Source of the DNA: Macrostomum hystrix
Lineage: Eukaryota; Animalia; Platyhelminthes
Assembly: GCA_950097015.1 (NCBI GenBank)
Contig: CATNEN010000005.1
Location: forward strand, 4,526,001 to 4,590,000
DNA length: 64,000 bases
Direction of reading: 5' to 3'
The notes beneath the pieces were generated by a model. That model was not told the DNA's origin. It saw nothing but the letters and a program-made list of their open reading frames with translations, and made no database searches. The position numbers and the translations under genes were made by a program. This document shows, piece after piece, positions 22,101 through 34,606 of the stretch (its first letter is position 1; each line of letters begins with the position of its first letter).

Positions 22101-25100
22101 GGAAAAGCCAGTTAAAAAAATTCAGTTCAGCACACAATGACTTGCTTTAGATTATGCGTAATCGAAGAAACAAAACCCCCGTGTCTTCTAACTCCGATTT
22201 CCAATCACAACCGTGTCTTATCCTACCCGTGTCTGATCGTTACCGTGTTCTATCTTCCTAATCTCTTGTCACTCCCGTGTTCTATCTTCCTAATCTCTTG
22301 TCACTCCCGTGTTCTATCTTCCTAATCTCTTGTCACTCCCGTGTTCTATCTTCCTAATCTCTTGTCACTCCCGTGTCTAATCACTCCCGTGTCTAATCAC
22401 TCTCGTGTATAATCACTCCCGTGTATAATCACTCCCGTGTCTAATCTCTCTCGTGTCTAATCACTCTCGTGTCTAATCTCTCTCGTGTCTAATCACTCCC
22501 GTGTCTAATCACTCTTGTGTCTAATCACTCTCGTGTATAATAACTCTCGTGTATAATCACTCTCGTGGCTTATCTTCGGAATCTCTTATCACACCCCTGC
22601 TTAATCACTCGTCGTCTCGTGCCTTATCTTCCTAATCTCTTATTACACTCGTGTCTAATAACTCCCGTGTCTTATTTTCCGTATCTCTTATCACTCCCGT
22701 GTCTTATCACTCTCGTATCCTATCTTCCAAATCCCTTATCGCACCCTTATCCCATCTCCCGATTGTCTCGTCTCTCCCGTGGCTAATATCTCCACTGTCT
22801 CATCTCCCTAAAGACTTATCTCTTACGTATAATAATCATATCTTCTCTCATTGTTTGCCTCTCCTTGCCCATTCGTTGTTAAATTGAGCTTGATTTCGAA
22901 TTTTGAATTTAAACCACAGTAGGTAGATTCAGACTCGAAGTCTACTACTATAAGTAAGTAACAATACATTTTTGAAATCTTACCTGATTATTGTCAGAAG
23001 ACGTTGCGGGTCGTTGGAGGAGTGCGTTTGTTACACTTGCCGTCTTAGTTGCCTTACAAGGCGGCGACTGCGACTGCCGCTGCTGCTGCTGCTGCTGCGG
23101 AGCAGACTTTCGAATAATAAAGTCTAAAAATCATTTTTATATGTACATTGTGTACAAAACAAAATACTGAAACTAAATTTAACAAAAAATTTGACAATCC
23201 AACTGCGAAAACTTACTCTCAAACTCCATAAAATCTTCATCAGCTTTTTTGTCTGCAGTTGTCTGCGACTGGCCGGACGACTTAACTAACACAACACGGC
23301 GAACTTCTGTTGGCGAACCAACCGGGCTTTTATCTTCCTGCTGCTGCTGCTGTTGTTGTTTCTGCTGCTGTTTAACAGCATGCCCCAGTCTAGACTGAAA
23401 TGACATTGAAGAAAACTTTCCACCGCCAGATTCTGACACCCTAGCATCAGACTGACGTTGGTGCTGATTACCAGACGAGGAAGATGGAGGCGGCGTGCCA
23501 CCGGGTGAAATTTCCATATCGGCCTCTTCAACCACATCTGGTCCGGGATCGTACTGTTGAAGTCGATCGCCTGGGCGTCTATCACTATCCGGTCGTTGCT
23601 GATCGCGATGCGACGAACGACGCGGACTGCGCTCGCGTTCAAGTCGACTATCTCGACTGCGTCTCTGTTTAGCCTCGTCTGAGCCAGAGTGCTGATAATC
23701 TCGATGATGGCCGGAAAATTGATCGCGATTTTTAACGTCATACGGACTGCGATCTCGACGAATTTCAAATCGACCCGGATCGTATCGATCTTGATCTTCT
23801 CTATTGGAATGATATGACTCTGCCTGGTGGAATGCATCGCGACCAGAATCTGATAGATCATATTCAGGCTTTCGATCATATCGATCGTAGCCTTCTCTGG
23901 GTACTCTATCGGAGTATTCTCGACTTTCTCTATTGTAGCGATTGTGACTATCTTTATTCAACGGCTTGTCGTAATGTCTGCGATCGTCAATAAAAAAAGG
24001 ACTCGACTCTCTAGCTAACTGATCGTCTTTCATCCTTTGACTGGGTTCTCTATCGAGTCTATTGCGCTCGCCAGAGTTAGGTGATTGCATAGGCTCTGCG
24101 TCGTAATGGTCACGAATAGCAGATCTGGAACCCTTCACAGCCTGACTAGGATAGCCTGATTCAGTGTGACTATAACGGCTGCGACTTCCAGTGCCGACAT
24201 AATTTGCATCGCTGTCAAAGTGTTCACGATCGAATCTGTCACGGTCTAAAGCTGCGTGACTTCTATCTCTATTGGATCGGATTCGACCGCCACTAAAGTC
24301 GTCATCTTTTTCGCGACTTCTCTGATAAGGACTTGGAGTCCGGTCAAATTGAGCGCCAGGCTTTCTATCAAGAATCTCGCGGCTTGGCGGCTTCCTATCG
24401 AAACTAGAGCCGCGACCGCCACCAATGGTGTGACCTCTGCTAGTAGGACTGTGCTCATAGTCTCTCATAGGACTGTGCCGACTACGACTGTGACGCTTTT
24501 CACCTTTGCGACTTAACCCCTTTTTATGCGCCTGCTCACTCGACTTTGATGAAGAAGACGACGACGATGCTGATGAAGAAGCTGACCGAATTGAGGAGCT
24601 TCTTTCACGAGTGGACTGCTTTCGAGAATAGGCTCGTTCCAAAGCAGCAAAGCCTCGCTCTTTGTTATCTGAATTGCGCGACTTGGGATTCTCCAGTTTG
24701 ATTCGCTTGTCAACTAGTCTAGCATCCTCGGTGGAGGCAGGCGGTGGACGAAGAGCGTGCGGTAGCGAGCTGACTGGATCCGCACGTCGCTGCACTGACG
24801 AAGAAGACGACGATGATAGCTGGGCTGTCACTGGAGGCGGTGGAGGTGGCCCGGATGTCTTTGACTGCGACGGCGCGGGAGAAAAACTCGGCGAACGACG
24901 CTTCCGTTGCGGACTAACTGAGTGCTGCGATTCGTTGCGTCGGCGACTTGTTTTGTGATCCTCTTCGACTCTAGATCGATGTCGGCTGTAGAAAAAAATG
25001 AAAATAAAAACATTATTTAATAATTTTAAATAGTTTAAAGGTATTTCGTAAATATGACTCACCTCTTTCCAGTAGCGGCACTATTATCAGAGACAATTGA

Positions 25101-28100
25101 CGCAGCCTTACTTGGCACATCGACTGGCGCGTCGGCGAACTCTTTGTAGATGGAGTTCAAACGCTCAGATAGGATAGCCTCATCTCCGCTAGCTTCCACT
25201 AGGGATCGATAATACAGCTGGAGCATTTCGGCTTCGGTGAAATTCGTCTGCAAGTAGTTTTTTTTTAATAACATAATTAAAGCTTTGAAAAGCAAGAAAT
25301 GAGTTAACATAAAGGCTGATGAATAGAGCCAGAGGAAAGGACTGAATAGAGCCCGAGGAAAGGGCTGAATAGAGCCTGAGGTAGGGGCTGAGTAGAGCCT
25401 GAGGTAGGAGCTGAATAGAGCCTGAGTAAGGGGCTGAATAGAGCCTGAGTAAGGGGCTGAATAGAGCCTGAGTAAGGGGCTAAAGAGAGCCTGAGTAAGG
25501 GGCTGAAGAGAGCCTGAGTAAGGGGCTGAATAGAGCCTGATGAAGGGGCTAAATAGAGCCTGATGAAGGGGCTGAATAGAGCCTGAGTAAGGGGCTGAAT
25601 AGAGCCTGATGAAGGGGCTGAATAGAGCCTGAGTAAGTGGCTGAAGAGAGCCTGAGTAAGGGACTGAAGAGAGCCTGAGTAAGGGGCTGAAGAGAGCCTG
25701 AGTAAGGGGCTGAAGAGAGCCTGAGTAAGGAGCTGAATAGAGTCTGAGTAAGGGGCTGAATAGAGCCTGAGTAAGGGGCTGAAGAGAGCCTGAGTAAGGG
25801 GCTGAATAGAGCCTGAGTAAGGGGCTGAATAGAGCCTGATGAAGGGGCTGAATAGAGCCTGATGAAGGGGCTGAATAGAGCCTGAGTAAGGGGCTGAATA
25901 GAGCCTGATGAAGGGGCTGAATAGAGCCTGATGAAGGGGCTGAATAGAGCCTGAGTAAGTGGCTGAAGAGAGCCTGAGTAAGGGACTGAAGAGAGCCTGA
26001 GTAAGGGGCTGAAGAGAGCCTGAGTAAGGGGCTGAATAGAGTCTGAGTAAGGGGCTGAAGAGAGCCTGAGTAAGGGGCTGAATAGAGCCTGAGTAAGGGG
26101 CTGAAGAAAGCCTGAGTAAGGGGCTGAAGAGAGCCTGAGTAAGGGGCTGAAGAGAGCCTGAGTAACGGTCTAAATATAGCCCGAAGGTCGTATTAGGAAA
26201 CAAGAACTCACAGCCCTGACATCCTTAAGCAGTTGGCTAGCTAGCTGCAGTTTCGGATCATAATGGAGTGCCCGTATGCAATAGAGAATGGTCGATTTGA
26301 CGTCAGCCTTCTGTGCATGGCTGTAATAAAGATACAATTGGTTACGAAAGAGAATATGATCAAATAGCTAATTACATATGACACCAAAAACAACTCACAT
26401 TTCAGCTAGCGACGCCAAAGTCTTAGCTAGATAAATTCGCGCATTCTTATGCGACGGTTTAGTTTTCAGTGCTGCTTCAAAATCTGTCACAGCTTTCTCG
26501 TGCGAGCCGCTAGTAGCAAAACTGCAATTTAATTGTTTTAGGAATTGCTAGTGTTGAAAACTAACTGGCGAACAGTTTTTTAAATAGAAAACTAAATTAC
26601 TCACAGAGCTCCCCTAGCAACTAGAGCTTCGGCATTGTCGGGATCGAATGCCAAAGCGCTCTCATAGCACTGGCTAGCTTGAGGCAAAGCGCCAGCTCGA
26701 AAATATTCCACACCTTTGGCCACGGAGCGCAGGGCGAGGCGACGATTTTGTGAGTCGCGCAACTCTTTAGCAGTCTGCGATTGGTCGATTTTAAGGCTGA
26801 AAATTTCATTAAAAATACGTATTTTTTTCTGCGTTCCTTACCGAGACAACTAAAATAGTTTTTAGCCAATTGGTTAGAGCGTAAGAAGTAAGGACTATTG
26901 AACGTGAGGTCGGGAGTTCCAATTTTAGCTTTAAAAAAGCCTGGAATTCGGTTGAACAGTTTCCGGCAAATCCACCCAGAGAGATCGTACCTTTCTCTCA
27001 CCAAGATCATTTCCAATTTCCGAGCTAAAGTGATCCGGGCAAGAATCCAGTTATTTTGTTAACAATAACTTACCTATTAACCGAATGCAGAAGACTAATA
27101 ATAGGTTTCTCGTCGATGCCCAATTTACTACAAAGAATAGAAGCAGCGCCGGGATTCTTAAATTCAGTCTGGTTGACTAGGAAGCCGTGAAATGATCCTG
27201 CAGTCTCTTTAGTTAACAGATTGTATAGTCTAGGCATTTCGTTTGACGATAGAATGTCCTAAAAATTAAAAGGTGGATAGACATAATATGGTTGTTATAA
27301 AAAGGTAGGTGTTGAAAGGGCAGCATTTCACAAAACAAAAACAGAACAAAGACAAAGGCACTTACGAGTTTAATCTTGCTTAAATCACTCGGCAAATCCT
27401 GTTGCAAAAGTGACAGACTAATGGGATGATCGTTAGGGCAGTCTAGCACCATGCAGCGCAGTAGATCGCCAATACGTGCGTCTTGTGCTAGCTGACGCGG
27501 AGCGTTCATAAACAGACATACGCCCTGTTTAATCGGTAATCGTTTAAAAAGAAATGCAAGCCACCAAATAATGTGCCTGCTGGCCACAGTCTTTCTTCAA
27601 ATATGCATATGGATGTCTAACGATACTTAGAAAACAAACGGTTTATCGACTTTTCAACTTCGAACAATAAATAAGAACCAAACCTTGATATCCAGATCAC
27701 GCAAATCACGTTTCAATTTGCAAGCATCGTCGCACGCTAAGATAATAACATTCATTGACGAATATTGATCCTTGGACACTAGGCGACAAACTAGGATGTC
27801 ATACTTTTTAACACTCTGAAATGATAGTTTACGATGCTAAATATCTGACTTAAAAAATAGCAACATGCAAAAAGCTCTACTTACAAGTAGAAACTGCTGC
27901 CTACGAATATGAGCAGGCGGATCCATAAAAGTTTCCAGTGGCAAAGACAAAGCGCAATGCTTCCCATTGCCAGTTTTAGATTCGACATCTGCATTGGCAT
28001 CGCATCTGTCTGGCATTGCAGCTGAATTAGACGCATGCTTCACTAGCAGCTGTTCAACCTGACGCCTGTGCGAACTTAATAGCTGGCTAATTTCGCTGCG

Positions 28101-28161
28101 CGATAGACTCCTACTACCGGCTGGATAGCTGGCATAGCTCTGGCTCTTGGCAAATTGCGAA
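19110..28161 (-). CDS. TTC14: Tetratricopeptide repeat protein 14 (S1-like + TPR) with a long RS/RD-rich tail, at least 1470 aa; first exon not found. Exons 28161-27885, 27815-27684, 27524-27366, 27258-27074, 26796-26605, 26521-26399, 26320-26212, 25247-25063, 24985-23217, 23123-22984, 20261-19110
   Basis: LETFMDPPAHIRRQQF, RIGDLLRCMVLD...LSLLQQDLPSDLSKIKL, FKNPGAASILCSKLGIDE, ALRSVAKGVEYFRAG...YESALAFDPDNAEALVARGALFAT.GS.EKAVTDFEAAL...HKNARIYL all parallel TTC14. All splice phases are consistent. Attachment of the last two exons rests on phase and GT-AG fit only. Confidence 0.85.
20479..20677. repeat. Minisatellite, 21-bp unit TTCTTGCTGAACTGCATTCGA, about 10 copies, in the last TTC14 intron
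   Basis: Visible tandem array immediately before SINE copy B. Confidence 0.95.
20704..21046 (+). mobile_element. tRNA-derived SINE, copy B (last TTC14 intron)
   Basis: GGTGGCAGAGCGG A box, GTTCGATTCC B box, body homologous to 57217-57560. Confidence 0.85.
22190..22860. repeat. Minisatellite, 16-bp unit TCACTCCCGTGTCTAA with a 32-bp dimer variant, in the last TTC14 intron
   Basis: Visible pyrimidine-rich array related to the CTCCCGTGTCT family. Confidence 0.9.
25315..26170. repeat. Minisatellite, 23-bp unit AGAGCCTGAGTAAGGGGCTGAAT, in a TTC14 intron
   Basis: Visible array occupying most of intron 25248-26211. Confidence 0.95.
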
Positions 28162-29685
28162 CTAAAGGTTTTGTAAAAGAAAAGTTACTTCTTATTTAAC
28201 AGCTGGCTCTGGTGTCACACAGATTTTAACAAGAGTGTCAGCCATTTCTAAAAAATACACACTTTTTGAAGTTTAAATACCACTAATAAGTCTGACTACT
28301 AGAGTCTCTGGCAACTCAAAAAGTAGGAAAATATTATCCCTAGTGGAATAAGTTTTCAGCTACAGCAATCCTAAGGTGGAGTGGAGTGGACAGTGCATTA
28401 TGGCGCTTGATGAACTTTGTTGAATTTAATAAATTCTCACTATTTGCTGCTGCCTTTTTTAATTACATGCTGTGCTGTGTATTCTTGTTTGGGATTACAC
28501 TGGCTGCAGTATGTAGCGCTTGATAAGTTAAGTTCTCCCATCCTGCGCCAGACAAACAAAACATGTGCCAGATGCTTTCAGCAAAAACTACAGATTCCAT
28601 AAGGGAATGTTACTAACCTAATAATTTGTTTGCTTAAAGTGTATTTAATTGTCATATAAATGTAAAGAGTAAAAAATAGTTTTAATGTATTATATTACAG
28701 GTGTTAACTGTTAAGCTGAAGACTCACCCTGCAGAGAAAGGAAAAAGTTATAATAAAGTTTCTTGTCAGAAAATTGAAATTAAATGACCTTACTTACTAC
28801 CTTAGCTACTGTAGATAGCACAAGAAACTTGGAAAAGGCCTTATTTTCAAAACAGCTACAGCATTTGTGGGCTATACACTTAACCGAAATGCTAGGGTAA
28901 CAGCTTTTTAATAGTAAAGCCAATAAAGCATCTTACCAAATACTCAGTTAGAAGCTTTTGTGCACTATTTATATTAAAAAAACTAAATTTGCACTGATAT
29001 GTACTAGTCTGCCCCAGGGTGTGCCTAGAAAGGAACAGTGTGCCACAAAAACAGCCATTGTATATCACAATTTTCTGATCTAACTGCTATTTCCCTAACT
29101 ATAGCAGCATACATTATACTTTAACACAGATGTTGGCATACAATTGGGTAGATAATAAAGACTTCTATACAACATTGCCAAAGCATGTTGTATGGATAGC
29201 ATGGCATAGATTGTGGGAATGACTGATGGAACTTACTAATGAATAGATTTGGGTAAACAGATAAAAGGTTAAAAATTGTTAAAAATTGAGCATAAGCCCA
29301 ATGCTTTGTCCAGAACCTATTTCAGCAACATACACTTGCCATATGCAATGTATCAACACTGAGAATGCCAACACTGGGCATGCACTAATTGATCCAGACT
29401 AGAAATAGGCTTGAAAAAAAATAGGGAAATATGTCCAGGACATTAGCTGGGTAAAACAGCTCAGAGTAGCATGGTGCAACACGCTACAATTTTTTAAGGA
29501 TACATAAGCTAAAGCTGTTTTAGCTTAGCATAGCACTCTTTTGAGCCAAAATTTTATATTCCCTAGCAGACAGTAAACTTTATACAAACAATAGAAAATA
29601 GGAGAAAAGAGTGCTTAAAAACTGGGGTTAGGCCACTTTATAAGTTATAAAACATGCAGTATTGCTTTAAATGATATAAATATAT

Positions 29686-30143
29686 GGTAGTTGTTATTTG
29701 TCCAGTTAACCAGACAAAAAGCTGTTTTATTATTTGTCTGGTTAACCAGTTCACCACCCAAGGACTTAATTTCTCCCCTTTCAATGAGCAGGAGCAACAA
29801 TCCTCCCAAAGACCACTCTTGCCCTGCTGAGAGCCATCTTGAGTCTTGACCTCACAAAGACCAAACTATACTATTGAACTAAGTTAGTCCCTGAAACAAC
29901 TGAATTTCTGGAAAAGGTTTTAATATTTTTAATTAGCTGATAAGCAAAAATAATTTGAGACAAAAACTTCAAATCTGAATGACTATCTTTTTGCAGCTTG
30001 TTAATTAGTTTATCTTACAAATGATAGAGGTTCTTGTGGTAGCGCTACAACCCCTTATAACTTAGTTATAAGTTATAACTCAGTTAACCGGATGAATAAT
30101 CAAATGGCTATTTGTCCAGTTAACCGGACAAATAACAACTGCC
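29686..30143. mobile_element. MITE-like element with imperfect TIRs of about 60 bp
   Basis: GGTAGTTGTTATTTGTCCAGTTAACCAGACAAA... at 29686 versus the reverse complement of ...TTTGTCCAGTTAACCGGACAAATAACAACTGCC ending at 30143. Confidence 0.65.
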
Positions 30144-31658
30144 TAAATATATATGCAAAAATATAGTCTCAGTTGCTAAGTTGAGCTAAAAAAGCAATGG
30201 CTAATATACATGGCAAAACATATTGCCAAAAAATGCAGCAAGAATTGAGTAGTCATAGTCATATTAAATAATAGTTAAGCAAAACTTCTGATCTTGTTTC
30301 TACAGCTTTAGTACAAAAGTTTATTTGACTTTAGTATTTACCAAATGAATATATATAAAACAGTACTTACTATCTTTGATCCATTGATAAACTGCAAGTT
30401 CTTTTAGATTTTTAATAGTGCAAGAAACAGACTTCTGATTCTGTAGTGTAAGTCCAGCACTTTATTTATATATCCAATATATATAGATGTAGTTTAGTTT
30501 AGTTGCTGCTTAGGCAACTAGGAGAGAGTTAACATATTTAAATTAAAGCATAAATTTATTTTATTGATAGCAGGCAGTCGCGGACGGTAATTATAGTCCG
30601 CTAAGACTCGATTTCAGAGCACTGAAATCTGTAAGAATTAAAAAAACTGAAACTTCGTAATGACTAAAACAATGAAGCAGTGTGATTAACTGACTAAAAA
30701 GTAAGAAGATCACAAAGTTTTATTATAAGATGCTGCTTATTGTAATCATAAGAATGTTGTTACGATTCCCGATTTTGTCAGTCCCATACGATTAGTACGA
30801 AAATTTCGACATTTATTTAATATGATAAATATATATTAGGCCCTGTGAGCTGGGTCCTCGACAAACGAAATCAAATAACTGAACCCTATAAAAAATAACG
30901 TAATAACAAAAGTTTCTACGTTTTTATTTTTTAATAACGCTTTTACACTAGCAGTTTACAATTTAACTAAAAAACAAAAAATCAAACTATATTTAATGCT
31001 TTTTGAAGCTAACAATATGTTTCATGTGACAAATCTGAGTAGCTTAAATTATAATTTTTTACAGGAATAAAACTTTACAGATTTAGGCGGATAAAAACTT
31101 TACAACTGAACCTGTGGCGTGATGGCAAGGAAAGTAAAAACCTATAGAATTTTACATGCTCAAGTAACAGTCCAGAATTAAAGAAAATTCTGGTTTTATC
31201 AGTTTAGGTCTGTATATAAGACTAGGCAAGCAAATCTATAGACTACACTATCGATTTCGATTTAATTTTTCATGTTGTTAAGTGCATAGTTTTTTCCTAG
31301 AATTTTTTCACTAAAGGTAATGCATTTACTTAAGCTTTTTCTTTTAGTTTTCTTTTTTTCATTATGAACTTCTTAAAACCAAATGCTCTGCATACAAATG
31401 GACTATATTGTTGAAATTAATTAATTTGCTAAGTCTGTAGGTTTCTAGGCTAATAAGTTATTTTAATATAATAATACAATTAAACATCAATTTGAAATGG
31501 ATCACTTGCTATACCTGATTTTTTTAATGCTAATACATGGATAGGATTAGTATAATACCAAAATGCTAAATCTTTCATTTTTAATTGTTTTAATTGTTTA
31601 GGCCTATTTTTTAAATCATCATTTGGTTACATTCATTGTTATAATTTTAATATGGATA

Positions 31659-32301
31659 GGGTAAAGTATCATCAACCGAACAGTGTATCTTCAAAACCGA
31701 ACAAGAATTTTGACTCCTTCCTTGGTCTCGTGCAAGACAGAAACAAGCTATTGTGTTTCACAGAACAACTAATTTGAAAGTAGAAGAAATTATCTACAAG
31801 CTGAGGCATGATGTGCAATGAAACATTAAGAGGAAAGAAAGATATTGATGTTTCAGTAGAAATTTTTATTGCAAAAGCATACTTTTTAACAACATTTTTT
31901 CAGTATATACTTTAGACAAAGATTGTATGTGGTTGCTTGCCAATTAAATGACCATAAGTGTAGTTATTTATAGAGCATGAAAAATGCTATCAAATGACAT
32001 AATTCATGATAGTTCACTCCTTAAAATAAGATTAAACCACTCACTCAAATTGTAAAACCAAACATCTAATTCTCTGTTTGGTTTGAAGATACATGAAAAT
32101 CATTGTTCAGTTTTAGATAAAAAGCAGGAATAATTTATTTTCTATTTGACAAAATGGCAAAAGCAGATACTTTTTAGAAAGATGTAACTGTTTTCTATAA
32201 CTTGGCTTTTGATTTATCATCATATCTTAAATAGAAAATCTGTAGCTTAGGTTTGAAGTTAAAAAAATACACATTCTTGTTTGGTTGATGATACTTTACC
32301 C
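31659..32301. mobile_element. MITE with 24-bp TIRs flanked by TA
   Basis: TA|GGGTAAAGTATCATCAACCGAACA ... TGTTTGGTTGATGATACTTTACCC|TA; 23/24 TIR match. Confidence 0.8.
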
Positions 32302-32369
32302 TATTGTTATTTTTCAGGTAATTTTTCAACTTTAATTTTAACTTAAGTATCAAAGTTAAAGAGCTAAGT

Positions 32370-34606
32370 ATGCAGACAGTAACAAACATGCTGCAAGGCA
32401 ATCCATTTTCTACTCGAGTTGGTCAGCTAGTTGAGCAGGCTACAGATGGTGCCCAATCTTCTGAAGACTGGGTCCTATTAATGGCTATTTGCGATGCTGT
32501 CAATGATTTTGAGGAAGGTCCTAGAGATGCCCTGCGAGCTATTCGACGCCGTTTGACATTGTCAGCTGGGCGAAGCAACAGTGCCATCCAGTATAGCTTG
32601 AGTGTTTTGGAGACTTGCGTTAAAAACTGTGGCTTTAGGTTTCATCTGTTAGTTGCCAAGTAAGTACTTCATACCCCCTCAGATCCTCAAATTTAATTGT
32701 AACCCTCTCAGATCCTCAGATTGAGCTGCAAACCTCACAGATCCTCAGATTGAGCAGCAACCCTCACAGATCCTCAGATTGAGCTGCAACCCTCACAGAT
32801 CCTCAGATTGAGCTGCAACCCTCACAGATCCTCAGATTGAGCTGCAACCCTCACAGATCCTCAGATTGAGCAGCAACCCTCACAGATCCTCAGATTGAGC
32901 TGCAACCCTCACAGATCCTCAGATTGAGCTGCAGCCCTCTCAGATCCTCCGAATTCGTTTACTTTGACTAATATGCTGTCTTAAATGTGATCCAGGCGCG
33001 ACTTTCTAGACGAACTTGTTCGCCTAATCGGTCCGAAGAACGAGCCGCCGCAGCAAATTCAAGATCGTGTACTTGGCCTTCTCCAGGCCTGGTCTGATGC
33101 ATTCCGTGGTCGGCCGGATCTACGCGAAGTTGAACGCCTAGTCGAAGAGTTGCGCTCAAAAGGCGTGGAATTCCCAATGACTGATCTAGACGCGATGGCG
33201 CCAATCAATACGCCGGCTAGATCGGTTGCCCTAGATCACGCCAGCGATTTTGGCGCCGAGTCTGGACCCGTGTCACCGAATCGACGAAGTCAGCAGCAGC
33301 AGCAGCAGCAGCAGACTCATCATCATCAGCCGCAGTATTATCCTCAGCAGCATCGTTCCATGCAACAGGCGCGTCCAGCCAGCGCAACACCCAGTCCTGA
33401 GCAGTTGGCTAAGCTTCGCTCCGAGCTCGATGTTGTTCTTGGAAATGTTAAGGTATGATTATAACAAAAAAATGTTTCCACTCGAAAATTTTTAACCGTT
33501 TTTAAATCTCATCGCTGCGACAGGTTTTCAACGAGATGCTAAACGAGCTGACACCAGACACCGTGCAACCTGAAGACCTATCCTTACTGCAAGAGCTAAA
33601 TCGTACTAATCGTCAGATGCAACAGCGCATTGTAGATCTAGTCGATCTAATAGCCAATGACGAAGTTGTCGGCGAACTTCTAAGAATCAACGACGATTTA
33701 AACAATGCTTTTCTACGATTTGATCGCTTTGAACGCTACAGGGGTGCCAACAGGTTCGATGTTGTCTTTTAAGTGTGAATTATTAATTTCTAGAATTTAG
33801 ATATAATTCTTTATCGCAGTTTAGTCTAAGTCTTCGAAATCCTTTGTGAGACATCGGTAGTTTAAATATTCTTTCCTTAAGCAATACGCTATATTCCCAA
33901 ATGTAGGTACCAGAATGAGCTAATTTAGAATCTTCCTGTATGTATGCTCCGGATTTTGTTTGTTTTTTTTGTGCCCTTCTATCTGTCTATCTCTAAACGA
34001 AAAACTCGCAGGCAACCGCAGCAACAGGTTCAACAGCAGCCTTCTTTTAATCCAATGTTTGATCGTCCAGACGCTCAGTCTCAGCCTCAGCAGCAGCTGC
34101 CGCCTCCGACAGAGTCGCAATTGATGCCACCATTGATAGATTTTTCGACACCAGACGAGCAACTGCAACAGGCACCGCAGCTTCAGCATCTAGCACTTAG
34201 TCAGCAGCTAGCCGGTCTGCGAGTGACGCCCGCAGCCTCTCAGCAGTCGGATCAGCTAGAGCAATCAGACGAATTCGACATGTTTGCAAGCAGTCGCCAG
34301 GCATTTGATCGCAGTCGTGCCGGTATGAGCGGGCCGGCTGCTTATTCGGGTGTTGAAGAGCAGCAAGTGGCCGGTGGACTGCAGAACGGGATGGCTCAAC
34401 GCATGGTGGCAGCGGTTGGATCAGGCCAACAGCAGCCGTCAGCCGCAGCCGGGGTGTCAAGTGCCGATTTTAATCTATTTCTTCAACAGCAACAACAGCA
34501 GCATCAGAATACTTCTGGAAATTCTACAGTCGCCGCTGGTTCTGAACGTTCGCGCACTCTCAAGCATCGAGACGATCAGGGCGAAGATACTCTATTTGCG
34601 CTGTGA
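32370..34606 (+). CDS. TOM1: Target of Myb1 (VHS + GAT). Exons 32370-32659, 32996-33452, 33524-33753, 34012-34606
   Basis: MLQGNPFSTRVGQLVEQATDG..SEDW..L.AICD.VN..EEGPRDALRAIRRRL...VLETCVKNCG.RFHLLVA (VHS); QLAKLRSELDVV.GNVKV..EML.EL...LLQELNRT.RQMQQRI..L...NDDLNNAFLRF.RFERYR (GAT); C-terminus DTLFAL. Confidence 0.95.
32675..32950. repeat. Minisatellite, 29-bp unit CCCTCACAGATCCTCAGATTGAGCTGCAA, in TOM1 intron 1
   Basis: Visible array making up most of the 336-nt intron. Confidence 0.95.

Noticed and set aside
25304-26203. 299-aa ORF
   Set aside because: Translation of the 23-bp array inside a phase-consistent TTC14 intron.
26621-27016. 131-aa ORF as a TTC14 exon
   Set aside because: Wrong frame for the TPR exon; phase-consistent splicing goes from 27074 to 26796, leaving 26797-27073 intronic.
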